Shown here one piece after another: positions 11,526 to 21,931 of a stretch of 64,000 nt of DNA (positions are counted from its first letter, which is position 1; every line of letters begins with the position of its first letter). The stretch spans positions 1,408,001-1,472,000 of the forward strand of contig CAVPBK010000006.1 in NCBI GenBank assembly GCA_963701855.1. The letters run 5' to 3'. The notes under the pieces are model-generated. The model did no database searches. It was not told the origin of the DNA and saw only the letters and a program-made list of their open reading frames with translations. Origin of the DNA: Nitrospirota bacterium. Its GTDB lineage: Bacteria > Nitrospirota > Nitrospiria > Nitrospirales > Nitrospiraceae. A program made the position numbers and the translations under genes.

Positions 11526-12464
11526 ATGGGATGGCTGCAGCGACTGAGTGGCGGGCTCACCAAAACGCGCAACGTCGTTCGTGGATCCTTGGATCGGCTG
11601 CTTGGCCGTGCGGCGGATCCTGCCCTCTTGGAGGAATTCGAAGCGGCCCTCATTGCTTCCGATCTCGGCACCCGTGTTGTGGATCGCGTGATGGAGCGCC
11701 TTAAGAAACAGCTTCAAGGGACCGATGCCTCACAGCCCGGTCGGGTGCAAACGGTATTACGGGACACCCTGCTCGATGCGTTGACACCTGTGCAAGGGCT
11801 GTCGTTGGGGCCCCTGATCGCGAACGGCCCCAAGCCTTTCGTCATCCTGGCTGTAGGGGTGAACGGTGTGGGTAAGACGACCACGATTGCCAAGATTGCG
11901 CAACGGCTCGTGCAGGCAGGGACAGTGCCATTGCTGGTAGCTTGCGATACTTTTAGAGCAGCGGCGATCGATCAATTGCAAGTCTGGGCCGACCGAGTTG
12001 GTGTTGATATGATTCGTCACCGCCATGGAGCCGATCCAGCCGCCGTCGCGTTCGATGGGATTGCCGCCGCGAAAGCGCGGCATGTGGACGTGGTTTTGAT
12101 CGATACAGCCGGCCGGCTGCACACGAAATCGAATCTCATGGACGAACTCCGCAAGATCACGCGCGTCATTGGGCAGGAATGCCCCGGCGCACCGCACGAA
12201 GTGCTCCTCGTACTGGACGCCACGGTCGGGCAGAACGCGCTGTCCCAAGCTCGTCAATTCCATCAAGCGGTCGGTGTTACCGGCTTGGTCTTGACGAAGC
12301 TCGACGGCACAGCTCGCGGAGGGATTGTCATCGCGATTGCCGAGGAACTCAAGTTGCCCGTGAGGCTGATCGGAGTCGGGGAGTCGGTCGAGGATCTGCA
12401 GGATTTTCAGAGCGACGCATTCGTGGACGCGCTCCTCGGGACGACAGCCTCGGCCTCTGCATAG
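11526..12464 (+). CDS. ftsY: Signal recognition particle receptor FtsY
   Basis: GVNGVGKTTT, DTFRAAA, DTAGR, TKLDGTARGG. Confidence 0.95.
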   Translation: MGWLQRLSGGLTKTRNVVRGSLDRLLGRAADPALLEEFEAALIASDLGTRVVDRVMERLKKQLQGTDASQPGRVQTVLRDTLLDALTPVQGLSLGPLIANGPKPFVILAVGVNGVGKTTTIAKIAQRLVQAGTVPLLVACDTFRAAAIDQLQVWADRVGVDMIRHRHGADPAAVAFDGIAAAKARHVDVVLIDTAGRLHTKSNLMDELRKITRVIGQECPGAPHEVLLVLDATVGQNALSQARQFHQAVGVTGLVLTKLDGTARGGIVIAIAEELKLPVRLIGVGESVEDLQDFQSDAFVDALLGTTASASA

Positions 12465-12583
12465 TCTCCAGTGAGATCCCGTCATTTTCTTCTCCGCCCG
12501 CATCGCCTGTGCTAGGCTGAGACTCCGAATGAACCAGCATTCTGCCAATGCGCGTAGCGCAGTCCTGTCTATGAGGTTGAGAT

Positions 12584-13366
12584 ATGATCAAGATTCTGGT
12601 CATCGACGACGATCGTATGAATTGCGAACTGATCCAGTCTGTCTTTACCCGACATGGGTATCAGGTATTGTCGGCGACGAGCGGGGTCGAAGGCCTGACC
12701 CTCTTCCGCCAGCAGGCCCCGCGAATCACCATTCTCGATCTTCGCATGCCTGAAATGGATGGGCTGACCGTCCTCAAAGAAATCCGTGCGTACGACCCCC
12801 ATGCGCCGGTGATCATTCTGGGCGGCGGGGCAACCGAGGGACAGGAAAATCAAGCGCGGGGATTACGCGTGACCGATTTTATCCGAAAGGGCTTGTCGCT
12901 CGATGTGCTGGTCGAATGCGTCAACCGGGTGGTGCAGCTTCCGTCTAAGTCCGTCCCCGCTCTGTCGGTGGCAGGTAGCGCAGCCGTGGCCGATACGGGG
13001 GAAACAATCCTTGTCGTCGATGATGAGCCGTTGGTTCGCGACCTGCTCGTTCAGTTTCTCAGCCTCCGTGGCTATCGGGCACTTGGTGTGAAAGACGGCC
13101 CCGAGGCTCTCTCGATGGTGGAGCAATCTCCGCCTGACTTAATCCTTCTCGACCTGTTTATGCCAGGCATGGAGGGAGTCGAGGTGCTCAGGCAACTCCG
13201 CCAACGCGAATACGCCGGCGGGGTCATCATCATCACCGGGAGTCACGACGAAGAACGCCTAGATGAAGCCTGGGCCGTGGGGCCGCAAGAAGTCATCGTA
13301 AAGCCGATCGACTTGGAGCAATTGTTGATATCCATCCAGCTTGTGCTCGTCTGTCGCGAATGCTAA
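12584..13366 (+). CDS. Response regulator with two receiver domains
   Basis: ILVIDDD...LDLRMPEMDG and ILVVDDE...LDLFMPGMEG...KP; no output domain. Confidence 0.9.
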   Translation: MIKILVIDDDRMNCELIQSVFTRHGYQVLSATSGVEGLTLFRQQAPRITILDLRMPEMDGLTVLKEIRAYDPHAPVIILGGGATEGQENQARGLRVTDFIRKGLSLDVLVECVNRVVQLPSKSVPALSVAGSAAVADTGETILVVDDEPLVRDLLVQFLSLRGYRALGVKDGPEALSMVEQSPPDLILLDLFMPGMEGVEVLRQLRQREYAGGVIIITGSHDEERLDEAWAVGPQEVIVKPIDLEQLLISIQLVLVCREC

Positions 13367-13376
13367 AACTCTTCCG

Positions 13377-15635
13377 ATGCCGATCGGAAGCAGAATTGTC
13401 ACGATTGCCTGTCTATTTCTCCTCGCGCTTCTTAGCCACGGGGCTTTCGGCATTGTCTGCGCAGCCGACCCAGTCCTGCCGCGAGTCGTCATTCGGCATC
13501 ACGAGTTATTCGTCCAGATCGTCCCTGAACAACATGCGCTCATTGCGAAGGATCGGCTGACGCTTGAGGTGCCGCAGCAGAAGCCTCCGATTCGTTTCTC
13601 ACTCGCCTCCACGCTTCAGATAGACCACATTGTACTTGTGCAAAAATCGGCCGGGACGGAATCCCTGATTCAGGATGTGCCGTTTGAACTCGAGCGTGGT
13701 CCCACGCCGGAGTCAGCGCAACAAATCGTGATTCCCCCGCAGGTCGCGGCAGCAGGATTGGTTACGCTGGATGTGCACTATCATGGCGTCATCAACGATC
13801 CGCCGCGAGATCCTCGCCACCTTCGATTTGTGACGCCTAGCGAGACCGCCGGACATATCGGGCCGGAAGGCGTCTATATAAGCAGCGAAAGTTCCTGGTA
13901 TCCCGATGTCCCGGAATCGCTCAGCACCTATACGCTGTCGGTCGCCGTGCCGGCGGGGTGGACCGCCGTGACCCAAGGGAAGGCTGGTGAGCCGCGCATT
14001 TGTCCCGATGGGCTCTGTCACAGCGATAACATGGTGGTGACGGACTGGGTCGTGACGCAGCCGAGCGAGGCCCTCACGCTCGTGGCGAATACATTTGTCT
14101 CTTCGTTTCGAGACTGGACGGCCAAGACGGGTCAGAGGATTCGGCTCTCAACCTATTTTTTCCCTGACGATGCGCATCTGGCCGAGGAATATCTCGATGC
14201 CACTGCGCGCTATCTGGACGCCTATATTCCCCTGCTAGGCCCCTATCCGTTCGAAAAGTTCGCCGTGGTGGAGAATTTCTTTGCCAGTGGGCTCGGCATG
14301 CCTTCGTTTACCCTGTTGGGGAGCGGCATCATTAAACGGCATTATGTGCAGCCCTACGCACTTGGCCACGAGATTGTGCATTCGTGGATCGGCAATGATG
14401 TCTTCAATCGCGCCGAGCGCGGGAATTGGGTGGAAGGTCTGACGACGTACCTGGCTAATTATTACTGGCACGAACTGATGGGAGATCGTGCGCAAGCACA
14501 GGAGCAGCGGCGCCTGATGGTGCAGAGCTACAACCTCCATGTGCCTCCGGAGCGGGACTATCCGGTCGCGCAATTCACGCAGAAACTGGATGAGCATGAT
14601 AATGCCATCGGCTATCAAAAAGCCGCCATGCTATTTCATCTCCTGCGCCAGGAGGTAGGAGAGGAGACGTTTTGGCGGGCACTAAAAAAATTGGTGACGC
14701 AGTATCACGGCAAGCATGCAGAATGGCGCGATCTTGAGCGGATTTTTGCAGAAGAGAGCCGCCAGGATCTCCGATGGTTTTTCGCGCAATGGCTGGAACA
14801 GGATGGGGCGCCGGTACTGTCGTTGCTGGAGGCAGCCGCCCGTCCAGTGGCGGAGGCGCCGATGCAGACCTTTCAGCTGGAGGCCACAATCGTCCAATCG
14901 AACAAGCCTTTCCGTCTTCCTCTACAAGTACGGATTCGCATGGAGAATGACCGCGAGCAGATGCTGACTGTGCCGCTGCGTTCCCTCCGTGAGAGGATCT
15001 CCGTGACCTTGCCCGCCCGCCCGATCACGATCGATCTCGACCCCGAGTTCATGACCTTCCGGCGGATCGCTCGGCAGTCGCTGTCTCCGGTGCTTAATCA
15101 TTATGTGACCGATCGGCGGCGATCGGTGCTGACGGGGTTTACGGATGAGCAGGACCATCCCTCGCCGTTTCGGGACGTGGTTGCGCGTATCGAAACTCAA
15201 GAGCGGCAGAAACCGATCGGCGAGCGAACGATGATCGTCTCGCTGGCTTCAGACGGGCTGTTGCCTCAGGAAGGTTCGGTGTTAGTATTGGGCGGCCCGG
15301 AATCCCGTTCGGGGGTTCAATCGATCATGGCCCAGCACTGTGGTGAGCGCGCGACTCTGAATGACAGGGGGGTCACCGTGATGGGGACAGTGTACGAAGG
15401 GCCTGGGCTAGCCCTGCTGGTCAGTTGCCACCGGGTCGATCGTCCAGGCAGTGTCGTGACGGTGTTGTATGCGGCCACGCCACAGGCTGTGGCGAAGGTG
15501 GCGCGACTGCTCTTTTTTTACGGATGGAATAGTTTCGTGTTGTTCAAGGATGGAGCGGTGGCTGCCCGTGGGGAGTGGCCGCTCACGGGCGAACGTACGG
15601 AGGTGCGTGTCGATGTCAACAATCCCATTCGGTAA
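13377..15635 (+). CDS. M1-family metalloaminopeptidase, secreted
   Basis: HEIVH...EG zinc motif, GPYPFEKFAVVE, YQKAAMLFHLLR; N-terminal signal-like stretch; start approximate. Confidence 0.85.
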   Translation: MPIGSRIVTIACLFLLALLSHGAFGIVCAADPVLPRVVIRHHELFVQIVPEQHALIAKDRLTLEVPQQKPPIRFSLASTLQIDHIVLVQKSAGTESLIQDVPFELERGPTPESAQQIVIPPQVAAAGLVTLDVHYHGVINDPPRDPRHLRFVTPSETAGHIGPEGVYISSESSWYPDVPESLSTYTLSVAVPAGWTAVTQGKAGEPRICPDGLCHSDNMVVTDWVVTQPSEALTLVANTFVSSFRDWTAKTGQRIRLSTYFFPDDAHLAEEYLDATARYLDAYIPLLGPYPFEKFAVVENFFASGLGMPSFTLLGSGIIKRHYVQPYALGHEIVHSWIGNDVFNRAERGNWVEGLTTYLANYYWHELMGDRAQAQEQRRLMVQSYNLHVPPERDYPVAQFTQKLDEHDNAIGYQKAAMLFHLLRQEVGEETFWRALKKLVTQYHGKHAEWRDLERIFAEESRQDLRWFFAQWLEQDGAPVLSLLEAAARPVAEAPMQTFQLEATIVQSNKPFRLPLQVRIRMENDREQMLTVPLRSLRERISVTLPARPITIDLDPEFMTFRRIARQSLSPVLNHYVTDRRRSVLTGFTDEQDHPSPFRDVVARIETQERQKPIGERTMIVSLASDGLLPQEGSVLVLGGPESRSGVQSIMAQHCGERATLNDRGVTVMGTVYEGPGLALLVSCHRVDRPGSVVTVLYAATPQAVAKVARLLFFYGWNSFVLFKDGAVAARGEWPLTGERTEVRVDVNNPIR

Positions 15636-16740
15636 GTGTTGTGTGCTCGGACTCGTCTGTCTGTTGTCGGGTGAGCAGCAGGGACAGGCAGAGGACCTTT
15701 CGTCGAAAGTTCAGGCGGTTTCCGCTCACCAGGCTGAGCGGCATTTGAAGAACATTCGCCAGCTGACGGTGGGCCGGCAGAATGCCGAAGCCTACTTTTC
15801 CTTCAGCGGGACCAAATTGATTTTTCAATCCACGAACAATTGGACGAAAGATACCCACGAGGCTACTCTCAAGCCGGCCGACGCCGGGTTGGGCTGTTAT
15901 CAGATGTACGTGATGGACCTGGACAGCGACCGCATTCGATTAGTGAGCACCGGCATGGGGGCCACGACGTGCGGATACTTTTTCCCCGGCGATCGCCGCC
16001 TGCTCTACTCGTCGACCCATGCGTCGGGTCCGAGCTGTCCGCCTAAGCCGAAGCGGGAGGGGGCCTATCGCTGGGCCTTGGACGATTACGACATCTATGC
16101 GGTAGGCATCGATGGACAGGATATGCAGCGGCTGACCTCCACGCCCGGCTACGATGCGGAAGCGACTATATCGCCGGACGGCAAGACAATCGTCTGGACA
16201 TCCGTGAAAGATGGGGATCTGGATCTCTATGCCATGAACCTCGATGGCTCGAATCCCCGCAGGCTGACGCACGAGATCGGCTACGACGGTGGGGCGTTCT
16301 TTTCGCCTGACAGCAAGCGCATTGTCTACCGGGCGGCGCATCCCAATGATCTGGCGGAAATCGACAAGTATAAGAACTTGCTTGCCCAGCGCCTAGTGGA
16401 GCCGGGGCAACTTGAAATTTTTGTGATGAATGCGGATGGGAGTGGCCAACGTTTGGTCACGTCGAACGGCGCTTCGAACTTTTCGCCGTTCTATTTTCCA
16501 GACGGCAAGAGGATTATCTTCTCGTCGAATATTGAAACAAAGGGCGAGGGAGGCCGGCCAAGTTTTCATCTCTACGCGATTGGTGAGGATGGGAAAGGTC
16601 TCGAACGGCTCACGTTCGACGGACAATTCAACAGTTTCCCCATGTTCTCGCCGGATGGTACCAGGCTGGTCTGGGTATCGGATCGCCAGGCCAAGACCCC
16701 TGGCGAGTTCAATGTCTTTCTCGCCGACTGGGTGCCATAA
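15613..16740 (+). CDS. TolB-like PD40 beta-propeller protein
   Basis: Repeated SPDGK/FSPD blades; NAEAYFS and GYDAEAT motifs. Confidence 0.85.
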   Translation: MSTIPFGKCCVLGLVCLLSGEQQGQAEDLSSKVQAVSAHQAERHLKNIRQLTVGRQNAEAYFSFSGTKLIFQSTNNWTKDTHEATLKPADAGLGCYQMYVMDLDSDRIRLVSTGMGATTCGYFFPGDRRLLYSSTHASGPSCPPKPKREGAYRWALDDYDIYAVGIDGQDMQRLTSTPGYDAEATISPDGKTIVWTSVKDGDLDLYAMNLDGSNPRRLTHEIGYDGGAFFSPDSKRIVYRAAHPNDLAEIDKYKNLLAQRLVEPGQLEIFVMNADGSGQRLVTSNGASNFSPFYFPDGKRIIFSSNIETKGEGGRPSFHLYAIGEDGKGLERLTFDGQFNSFPMFSPDGTRLVWVSDRQAKTPGEFNVFLADWVP

Positions 16741-16758
16741 AGCGGTGATGAGTGATCA

Positions 16759-17898
16759 GTGATGAGTGATCACGTAAGCCAAGACCGCGACTCCGACACG
16801 ATTACTCCTCGCCCCGCACCCCGCATCTCCCACGTATCTGCACGGGTTCGCCTCGTTCCCCTGCTTTTTTCACATGCCGCCCTCATCCTGGCATTCGTGG
16901 GGTTGTTTGAGTGGGATGTGCCGTTGACTAGGTTCATCCGTTCTCTCAACGATTTTCACATGGACCACCTCGCTAATCCCTGGCTGGCTCAGTTCAGCGA
17001 TATCGGTGACCGCCTCGGCAAGGGGGAATCTCTGGTGATCCTGAGCCTCGCGCTGCTGGCGGTCGGGTATGGATTGAAACATCCGCCGTGGAAAGATGCG
17101 GGCTGGCAGAGTCTCATTGCGCACGGTCTTGCCGCGTTGAGCGCCAATATTTTGAAACATGCCATCGGCCGTCCCCGCCCCAAGTTCATGCATGCCGGGA
17201 ATCTAGATCTCTCCCCAGTCAGCGGCAGCGGATGGGATTCATTTCCGTCCGGGCATGCGGCTGCCGCGTTCGCGGTCGCAATCGTGCTGGCTACAAAGTT
17301 CCCGCGAGTGAGATGGCCCATCATCGCGATGGCGGTGGCCATTGCCGCAAGTCGGATCATCCGCGGGTCTCACTATCTGACCGACGTGGCCGGAGGAGCC
17401 GCCCTCGGCTGTCTGATGGGAATGATTGCAGCCCATCCCTGGCGTGAATGGCGTTCATCAGTTGCAATGGCTGTTAGTCGGATGACGCCATTTATTGTTG
17501 CGACGCTCGCGCTTGTCTGGACGATCATGCATCTTCCATCCGAAGACTGGCCATTTCAACAGCTCTTGCGGGGTGGGCTGTTGCTCACCTTAGCAGGACT
17601 CGTGGGCCATGTCTTGTGGTCGATGCAGTTGTCATGGTGTCCGGCCAGTCTGTCCGGATCGCTGGCTCGAGGTCTGGTGGGATTGGGGCTAGGGATGACG
17701 ACGGGCTCTTTGTTCGTCACGACCATTGTGCTGCTCGTCTGTGCTGCACATTGGTTGGACGGGCTTTCTGGCCAGGTTGAGTCCATGGAGGAGAATCATG
17801 TGGGGCTACGGACGGCTATGACGGAGGGTCTGTTCGTCGCGGCCATGCTGTTGGTGCTGGGGGCAAGCTATGTTCTGAAAGGCATCGTGCCGATGTAA
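16759..17898 (+). CDS. PAP2-family membrane phosphatase (LpxE-like)
   Basis: KxxxxRPRP, SFPSGH and SRxxxxxHYLTDV motifs; multiple transmembrane segments. Confidence 0.9.
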   Translation: MMSDHVSQDRDSDTITPRPAPRISHVSARVRLVPLLFSHAALILAFVGLFEWDVPLTRFIRSLNDFHMDHLANPWLAQFSDIGDRLGKGESLVILSLALLAVGYGLKHPPWKDAGWQSLIAHGLAALSANILKHAIGRPRPKFMHAGNLDLSPVSGSGWDSFPSGHAAAAFAVAIVLATKFPRVRWPIIAMAVAIAASRIIRGSHYLTDVAGGAALGCLMGMIAAHPWREWRSSVAMAVSRMTPFIVATLALVWTIMHLPSEDWPFQQLLRGGLLLTLAGLVGHVLWSMQLSWCPASLSGSLARGLVGLGLGMTTGSLFVTTIVLLVCAAHWLDGLSGQVESMEENHVGLRTAMTEGLFVAAMLLVLGASYVLKGIVPM

Positions 17899-17900
17899 GT

Positions 17901-17981
17901 CTTGTTTTTTGGTTTATTTTATTTGTCTTGTTTGTCTGGTTGACCCCACCAACCAGATGAACCAAACAAACCAGATCAACC
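17901..17981. repeat. 9-mer tandem foldback repeat between convergent genes
   Basis: TTTGTCTGG-like units followed by CCAGATGAA/CCAAACAAA/CCAGATCAA units; related to 29763, 49031, 58857 and 60667. Confidence 0.75.
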
Positions 17982-17983
17982 GT

Positions 17984-19750
17984 TCAGTGGCCGAGAATGG
18001 TAGGCGGCGGAGGTGGGATTGCACCCTCTGGAATCGTCACCATTGACTGGTTGGCCAGCAGCACGTATCCATAGCGTTTGAGAATGGGGACCAGTCCAGT
18101 GGCTTCTGCTGGCAACTTCGATTGTGCGCTCTCCGGCAAGAGAATCATCACTCGCGTTGGCTCTTTCAGGGCCGCTCGTATCTTGTCTTCTTCCCCAATG
18201 GGTACGAAGAGTGTCTTGCGTTTCGCGTAAAATACAGACGATGGTCTTAGGGTGCCATAGGCAATGAACTGATCCTGGCGACCCAGGTTCAGTCCTGCGG
18301 CATAGGCGAGTTCCTGCGGGGGTGCGACTACATATCGATTGATGTGTGGAATTACAATCACGATGATGATCAGAACCAGACCGGCCAAGGTTCCTCCTGC
18401 AGCCCAAAAGGCTCCTCCGCGCCGCTCGTCGTTCAATCCAAGATATCCCACCAATGTCATCCCGACTAACAACAGGACTGCAACTAGATAGGGGCCGCTG
18501 CCGAGTTCCACCTGTCCGGCCAAGGGAAACTCTCGCACCATCTTGGAGGCGTAGGCGGCGTAGAGTGTGGGGAGGCAGGCAAAACCGATCGCCAAAAGAT
18601 ACCCCACTCCCATCATGAGATGAATAGAGCCTCGAACCCCTTTCGTCGCCGGGTCTTGCAGGCACCGGGACCAGTAGGAGGCTGTCAACAGGGCGGCGGC
18701 GGGAAACAATGGGCCAATATAGTGGGGGAGGCGGGTCGCAGAGGCCGTGAAGAATACAAAGGTGCCTACAACCCATAAGGCCGCAAAGAGATCGAGTTCG
18801 GAAGTTCCCGACGGGTCTGGACGAGTACGCGCACGGCGTATGAGGTACCAATCTTTGAGTGTGCGATAGAGCGGGACAGGGAGGAGCGCGCTCCAAGGAA
18901 AGAAGCCTAAGAGCAAGACCGGGAGATAGAAGAAGATGGTGCCCTGATGTCCCTCCATCGGACTGAAGAATCGGCCGATTGTATGAGCCTTTGCGCCTGT
19001 CGCATAGGCGTCGCCATGCACGAGAAACATGGCCGCATACCAGGGGGCGGCGAGCAGAATGAACAGCGTCATGCCTGCAAGGGGAACTCCCTTTTGCCAA
19101 TACTCGTGCCATCGGCGCGTCCAGGTGAGATAGAGTGCCGCTGCGATAAGGGGCACGGCGAATCCGACCGGACCCTTCGTCAGCGTGGCGAGGGCCATGC
19201 CGATATAAAACGCCCAGATCCATCGGCGTGTGCCGCCTATCCCATGCAAGCCCAGCCAGAATCCATACAGCGATGCCGTGGTAAAAAAGATCAAGACACT
19301 GTCGGTGAGTGCCATGCGTCCGAGTCCAAGGATTTCCAGGTTGAGCAAGAGCATCAATCCGCCGAAGAGCGCGACGGTTCGATCGCGCTGGTGTACAAGA
19401 AACAGGTAGTGCATGAGGATCAACCCCACGCCGAAGAGGGCCGAAGGGAATCGTGCGGCGAACTCGTTGGAACCAAACAGGCGATACGATTGCTCCATCA
19501 GCCAATAGAGTAAGACCGGTTTTGCGACGCGCAGCTCGCCGTTGAACGTTGGAGTCAGGCGATCCCCCGACTCGAACATTTCGCGCCCGGCTTCGGCGTT
19601 CCGTCCCTCGTCGCGGTCTGTCAACCCCATGTCGCCAAGCCCCAAGAAGAACAACAGCCCCGATAGGAGGAGGAGGGCCAGAAGTAGCAGGGCGTGGTGC
19701 GAACCGTCGGTTGTGGTCATAGAATCATTAGAATTGCGTGATGACTGCAT
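17984..19750 (-). CDS. ArnT/GT83-like polyprenyl-phosphate-sugar glycosyltransferase
   Basis: DEGRNAEAGREM, KPVLLYW, AARFPSA, LTKGPVG; polytopic membrane protein. Confidence 0.9.
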   Translation of the reverse strand: MQSSRNSNDSMTTTDGSHHALLLLALLLLSGLLFFLGLGDMGLTDRDEGRNAEAGREMFESGDRLTPTFNGELRVAKPVLLYWLMEQSYRLFGSNEFAARFPSALFGVGLILMHYLFLVHQRDRTVALFGGLMLLLNLEILGLGRMALTDSVLIFFTTASLYGFWLGLHGIGGTRRWIWAFYIGMALATLTKGPVGFAVPLIAAALYLTWTRRWHEYWQKGVPLAGMTLFILLAAPWYAAMFLVHGDAYATGAKAHTIGRFFSPMEGHQGTIFFYLPVLLLGFFPWSALLPVPLYRTLKDWYLIRRARTRPDPSGTSELDLFAALWVVGTFVFFTASATRLPHYIGPLFPAAALLTASYWSRCLQDPATKGVRGSIHLMMGVGYLLAIGFACLPTLYAAYASKMVREFPLAGQVELGSGPYLVAVLLLVGMTLVGYLGLNDERRGGAFWAAGGTLAGLVLIIIVIVIPHINRYVVAPPQELAYAAGLNLGRQDQFIAYGTLRPSSVFYAKRKTLFVPIGEEDKIRAALKEPTRVMILLPESAQSKLPAEATGLVPILKRYGYVLLANQSMVTIPEGAIPPPPPTILGH

Positions 19751-19777
19751 ATGTTAAGCGGGTTAGATTTCAAAGAA

Positions 19778-20077
19778 TTATGTTTGTGGAGAGGAAGGGC
19801 TGACCGGCGGGTTGGCCTGGCTTGAGCGAGAGATCAGCATAAGGTTTCGAACATAGACGATCGATCCGATACCCTGCCCTGCTATGAAGACTGGATCTTT
19901 CCGATAGATCGCATAGGCGAGTGTGATGAGCCCGCCGATCAGGCTCATGTACCAAAACGAGACAGGAACCTGGCTTTCCGCCTTTTTTTCAGAGGCAATC
20001 CATTGGACCACCCAGCGGCCGAAAAACAGCCCTTGGCCGAGAAATCCGATGGCGAGCCAGATGGTTTCGATGCTCAT
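19778..20077 (-). CDS. Lipid-A-disaccharide synthase N-terminal domain (LAB_N) membrane protein
   Basis: GFLGQGLFFGRWVVQWIASEK...VPVSFWYMSL...DPVFIAGQ...YVRNL. Confidence 0.9.
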   Translation of the reverse strand: MSIETIWLAIGFLGQGLFFGRWVVQWIASEKKAESQVPVSFWYMSLIGGLITLAYAIYRKDPVFIAGQGIGSIVYVRNLMLISRSSQANPPVSPSSPQT

Positions 20078-20184
20078 AATGGAACCGTCATGCGCGGCAG
20101 GCGAGACGTGTAAGGTAGCCGACTCTCAAGGCCTGTGGAATCTCGCTTGCCGCGGATCTCTCATTCTTCTCGCCTGTCCGCTCG

Positions 20185-20919
20185 TCACTTGTCGCGGAAT
20201 GTATATCGCAGCACCCTGGTTTGCATCCACCGTACGCCAATCAAATCATAGAGAGATTTGAATAACCGGTTGCCCATCCCGTACTTGGAAACGCCGTGAA
20301 TACGGGGGTAGTGCCGGACCGGCACCTCCGTGACCGTGAATCCGTGCATGAGCGCGAGAGCGGGAAAGAATCGGTGCATGCCCTCAAAGAGTCGGATGCG
20401 TTCCAGCACGGGCCGCCGGAATATTTTGAGCGGGCACCCTGTGTCGTGGACGCCGTCGTGGGTAAAGAAGTTTCGCACACGGTTGGCGATTCGAGACGAC
20501 ATTTTCTTCACCAGGCCATCCTGTCGCTCCTGCCTCCATCCGCACACGAGATCGTGGGTATCGGTATAGGGGAGGAGTTTCAAGATGTCCTGGCTATCCT
20601 GCTGGAGGTCGCCGTCGATTTGGATGATGATGTCTCCGGAAGACTGGCTGAAGCCCGCTTCGAGCGCGCAAGTCTTGCCGTAGTTTCGATCGAGGTGGAA
20701 CACCCGAATCTGGGAGTGCTGTGCTGCCAGGCGATCCAGCTCATCACCGCTGCCGTCGCTGCTGCCATCGTCAACGAAGACGATTTCGAACGGCCGAGTC
20801 TTCGAGGCCGCGTGTGAACTCATGACGGTCAGCAGACCCTCAATCAGTGGAACGAGATTGTCTCGTTCATCCTTAATGGGGACGATGACGGAAGCCCATG
20901 GATGGGATGGCACGGCCAT
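20185..20919 (-). CDS. GT2 polyprenyl-phosphate glycosyltransferase (ArnC/DPM1-like)
   Basis: VDDGSSD, RNYGK, DGDLQ, DTGCPLK, MHRFFP, SKYG. Confidence 0.9.
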   Translation of the reverse strand: MAVPSHPWASVIVPIKDERDNLVPLIEGLLTVMSSHAASKTRPFEIVFVDDGSSDGSGDELDRLAAQHSQIRVFHLDRNYGKTCALEAGFSQSSGDIIIQIDGDLQQDSQDILKLLPYTDTHDLVCGWRQERQDGLVKKMSSRIANRVRNFFTHDGVHDTGCPLKIFRRPVLERIRLFEGMHRFFPALALMHGFTVTEVPVRHYPRIHGVSKYGMGNRLFKSLYDLIGVRWMQTRVLRYTFRDK

Positions 20920-21070
20920 GCGGGGTAGATATTCCTGACGCAGAAGGGAGCCAACATACTCACGGGGGCATTCTACAGAATGCCGGGGGGGGCGTCAAAC
21001 GAAGGAAGCGATCAATGATTCAGTGATGGGTGAACAGTGATGATGCAGAACTATGGGGTCTTTCCACCCA

Positions 21071-21625
21071 TCACGGCCCCGGCGCGGCGATTGTGAACCG
21101 CATCGTGCCCATTAGGCTCATCTCGTTGACCTGTTCTCCCACATGGATTTCCACTTTATACCGACCGGGCCTCCATGTGCCTTGCGGTGGGGAGAGTGTG
21201 AGATAGCCGCTGTCGTCTTCGAGCGCAATGTGCATGGCGTCTTGTCCGATCGTCACAGTGGGATCGAGGCCGGCTACCGTTTCTGGGTAGCAGCGTCCAA
21301 TCACCTGGAACCCCTGATAGTGCTGGTGAAGGTGGAACACAATGAAGACTGCCGGGGTATCGGGGCGGAACCGTTCAGTTGGTTTCACCGGCACGATTTC
21401 GTGCGTACGGTGAAAGCCCAGTTCCTCGTCAAATCCTTCCGCTGTCGTAATGGTGCGGAACAGGCCTTGCGGCGGAGCGTCGAAGTCGTAGGGGGTGACG
21501 TCTTGGGTGCGGTTCTGAAAGTCTGGGATGGGGGCATTTTTGGTGATCGGCAGCTCCGCTGCCAGGGCCGGGGTTTCTGTAAAGCCGCAGAAGACAATGA
21601 GTAGTGTGATGAAAAGAATAGGCAT
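21071..21625 (-). CDS. Exported hypothetical protein
   Basis: Signal peptide ending ALA; beta-rich C-terminus WRPGRYKVEIHVG. Confidence 0.7.
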   Translation of the reverse strand: MPILFITLLIVFCGFTETPALAAELPITKNAPIPDFQNRTQDVTPYDFDAPPQGLFRTITTAEGFDEELGFHRTHEIVPVKPTERFRPDTPAVFIVFHLHQHYQGFQVIGRCYPETVAGLDPTVTIGQDAMHIALEDDSGYLTLSPPQGTWRPGRYKVEIHVGEQVNEMSLMGTMRFTIAAPGP

Positions 21626-21679
21626 GGCTGCTTTCGTACATCGGTCGATGGAAACTGTCAAGGAGAAGAAGCCGACAAT

Positions 21680-21772
21680 TATCAGCTGTCAGCCCTCAGC
21701 CAGGAAAAGGGAATCTCCGAGTGAGCGTACCATGGCTCAGAAGCTGAGAGCCGAAAGCTGATGGCAGACAGC
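21680..21772. repeat. 7-mer tandem foldback
   Basis: TATCAGC TGTCAGC CCTCAGC ... GCTGAGA GCCGAAA GCTGATG GCAGACA. Confidence 0.7.
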
Positions 21773-21931
21773 TGCAGGAAAGCCCGTTGCGGCTGTTTTC
21801 CGCCATCTGTTAGAATCCGCGCTCGTTGCGGCTGGAAGCGAAAATGGCATGACGCGCGCGACAAGCGCGACTCAGGAAGCAAACGAATCCCGCCTCTTTC
21901 GCATGTTTCGCTTGCCCCAACCAGGAATTTT

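Noticed and set aside
17976..19505. 509-aa alternative-frame ORF over the ArnT-like gene (likewise 28248-28883, 10835-11671, 26537-27370)
   Set aside because: Shadow ORFs of recognisable genes in GC-rich DNA, with Arg/Pro-rich composition and no motifs
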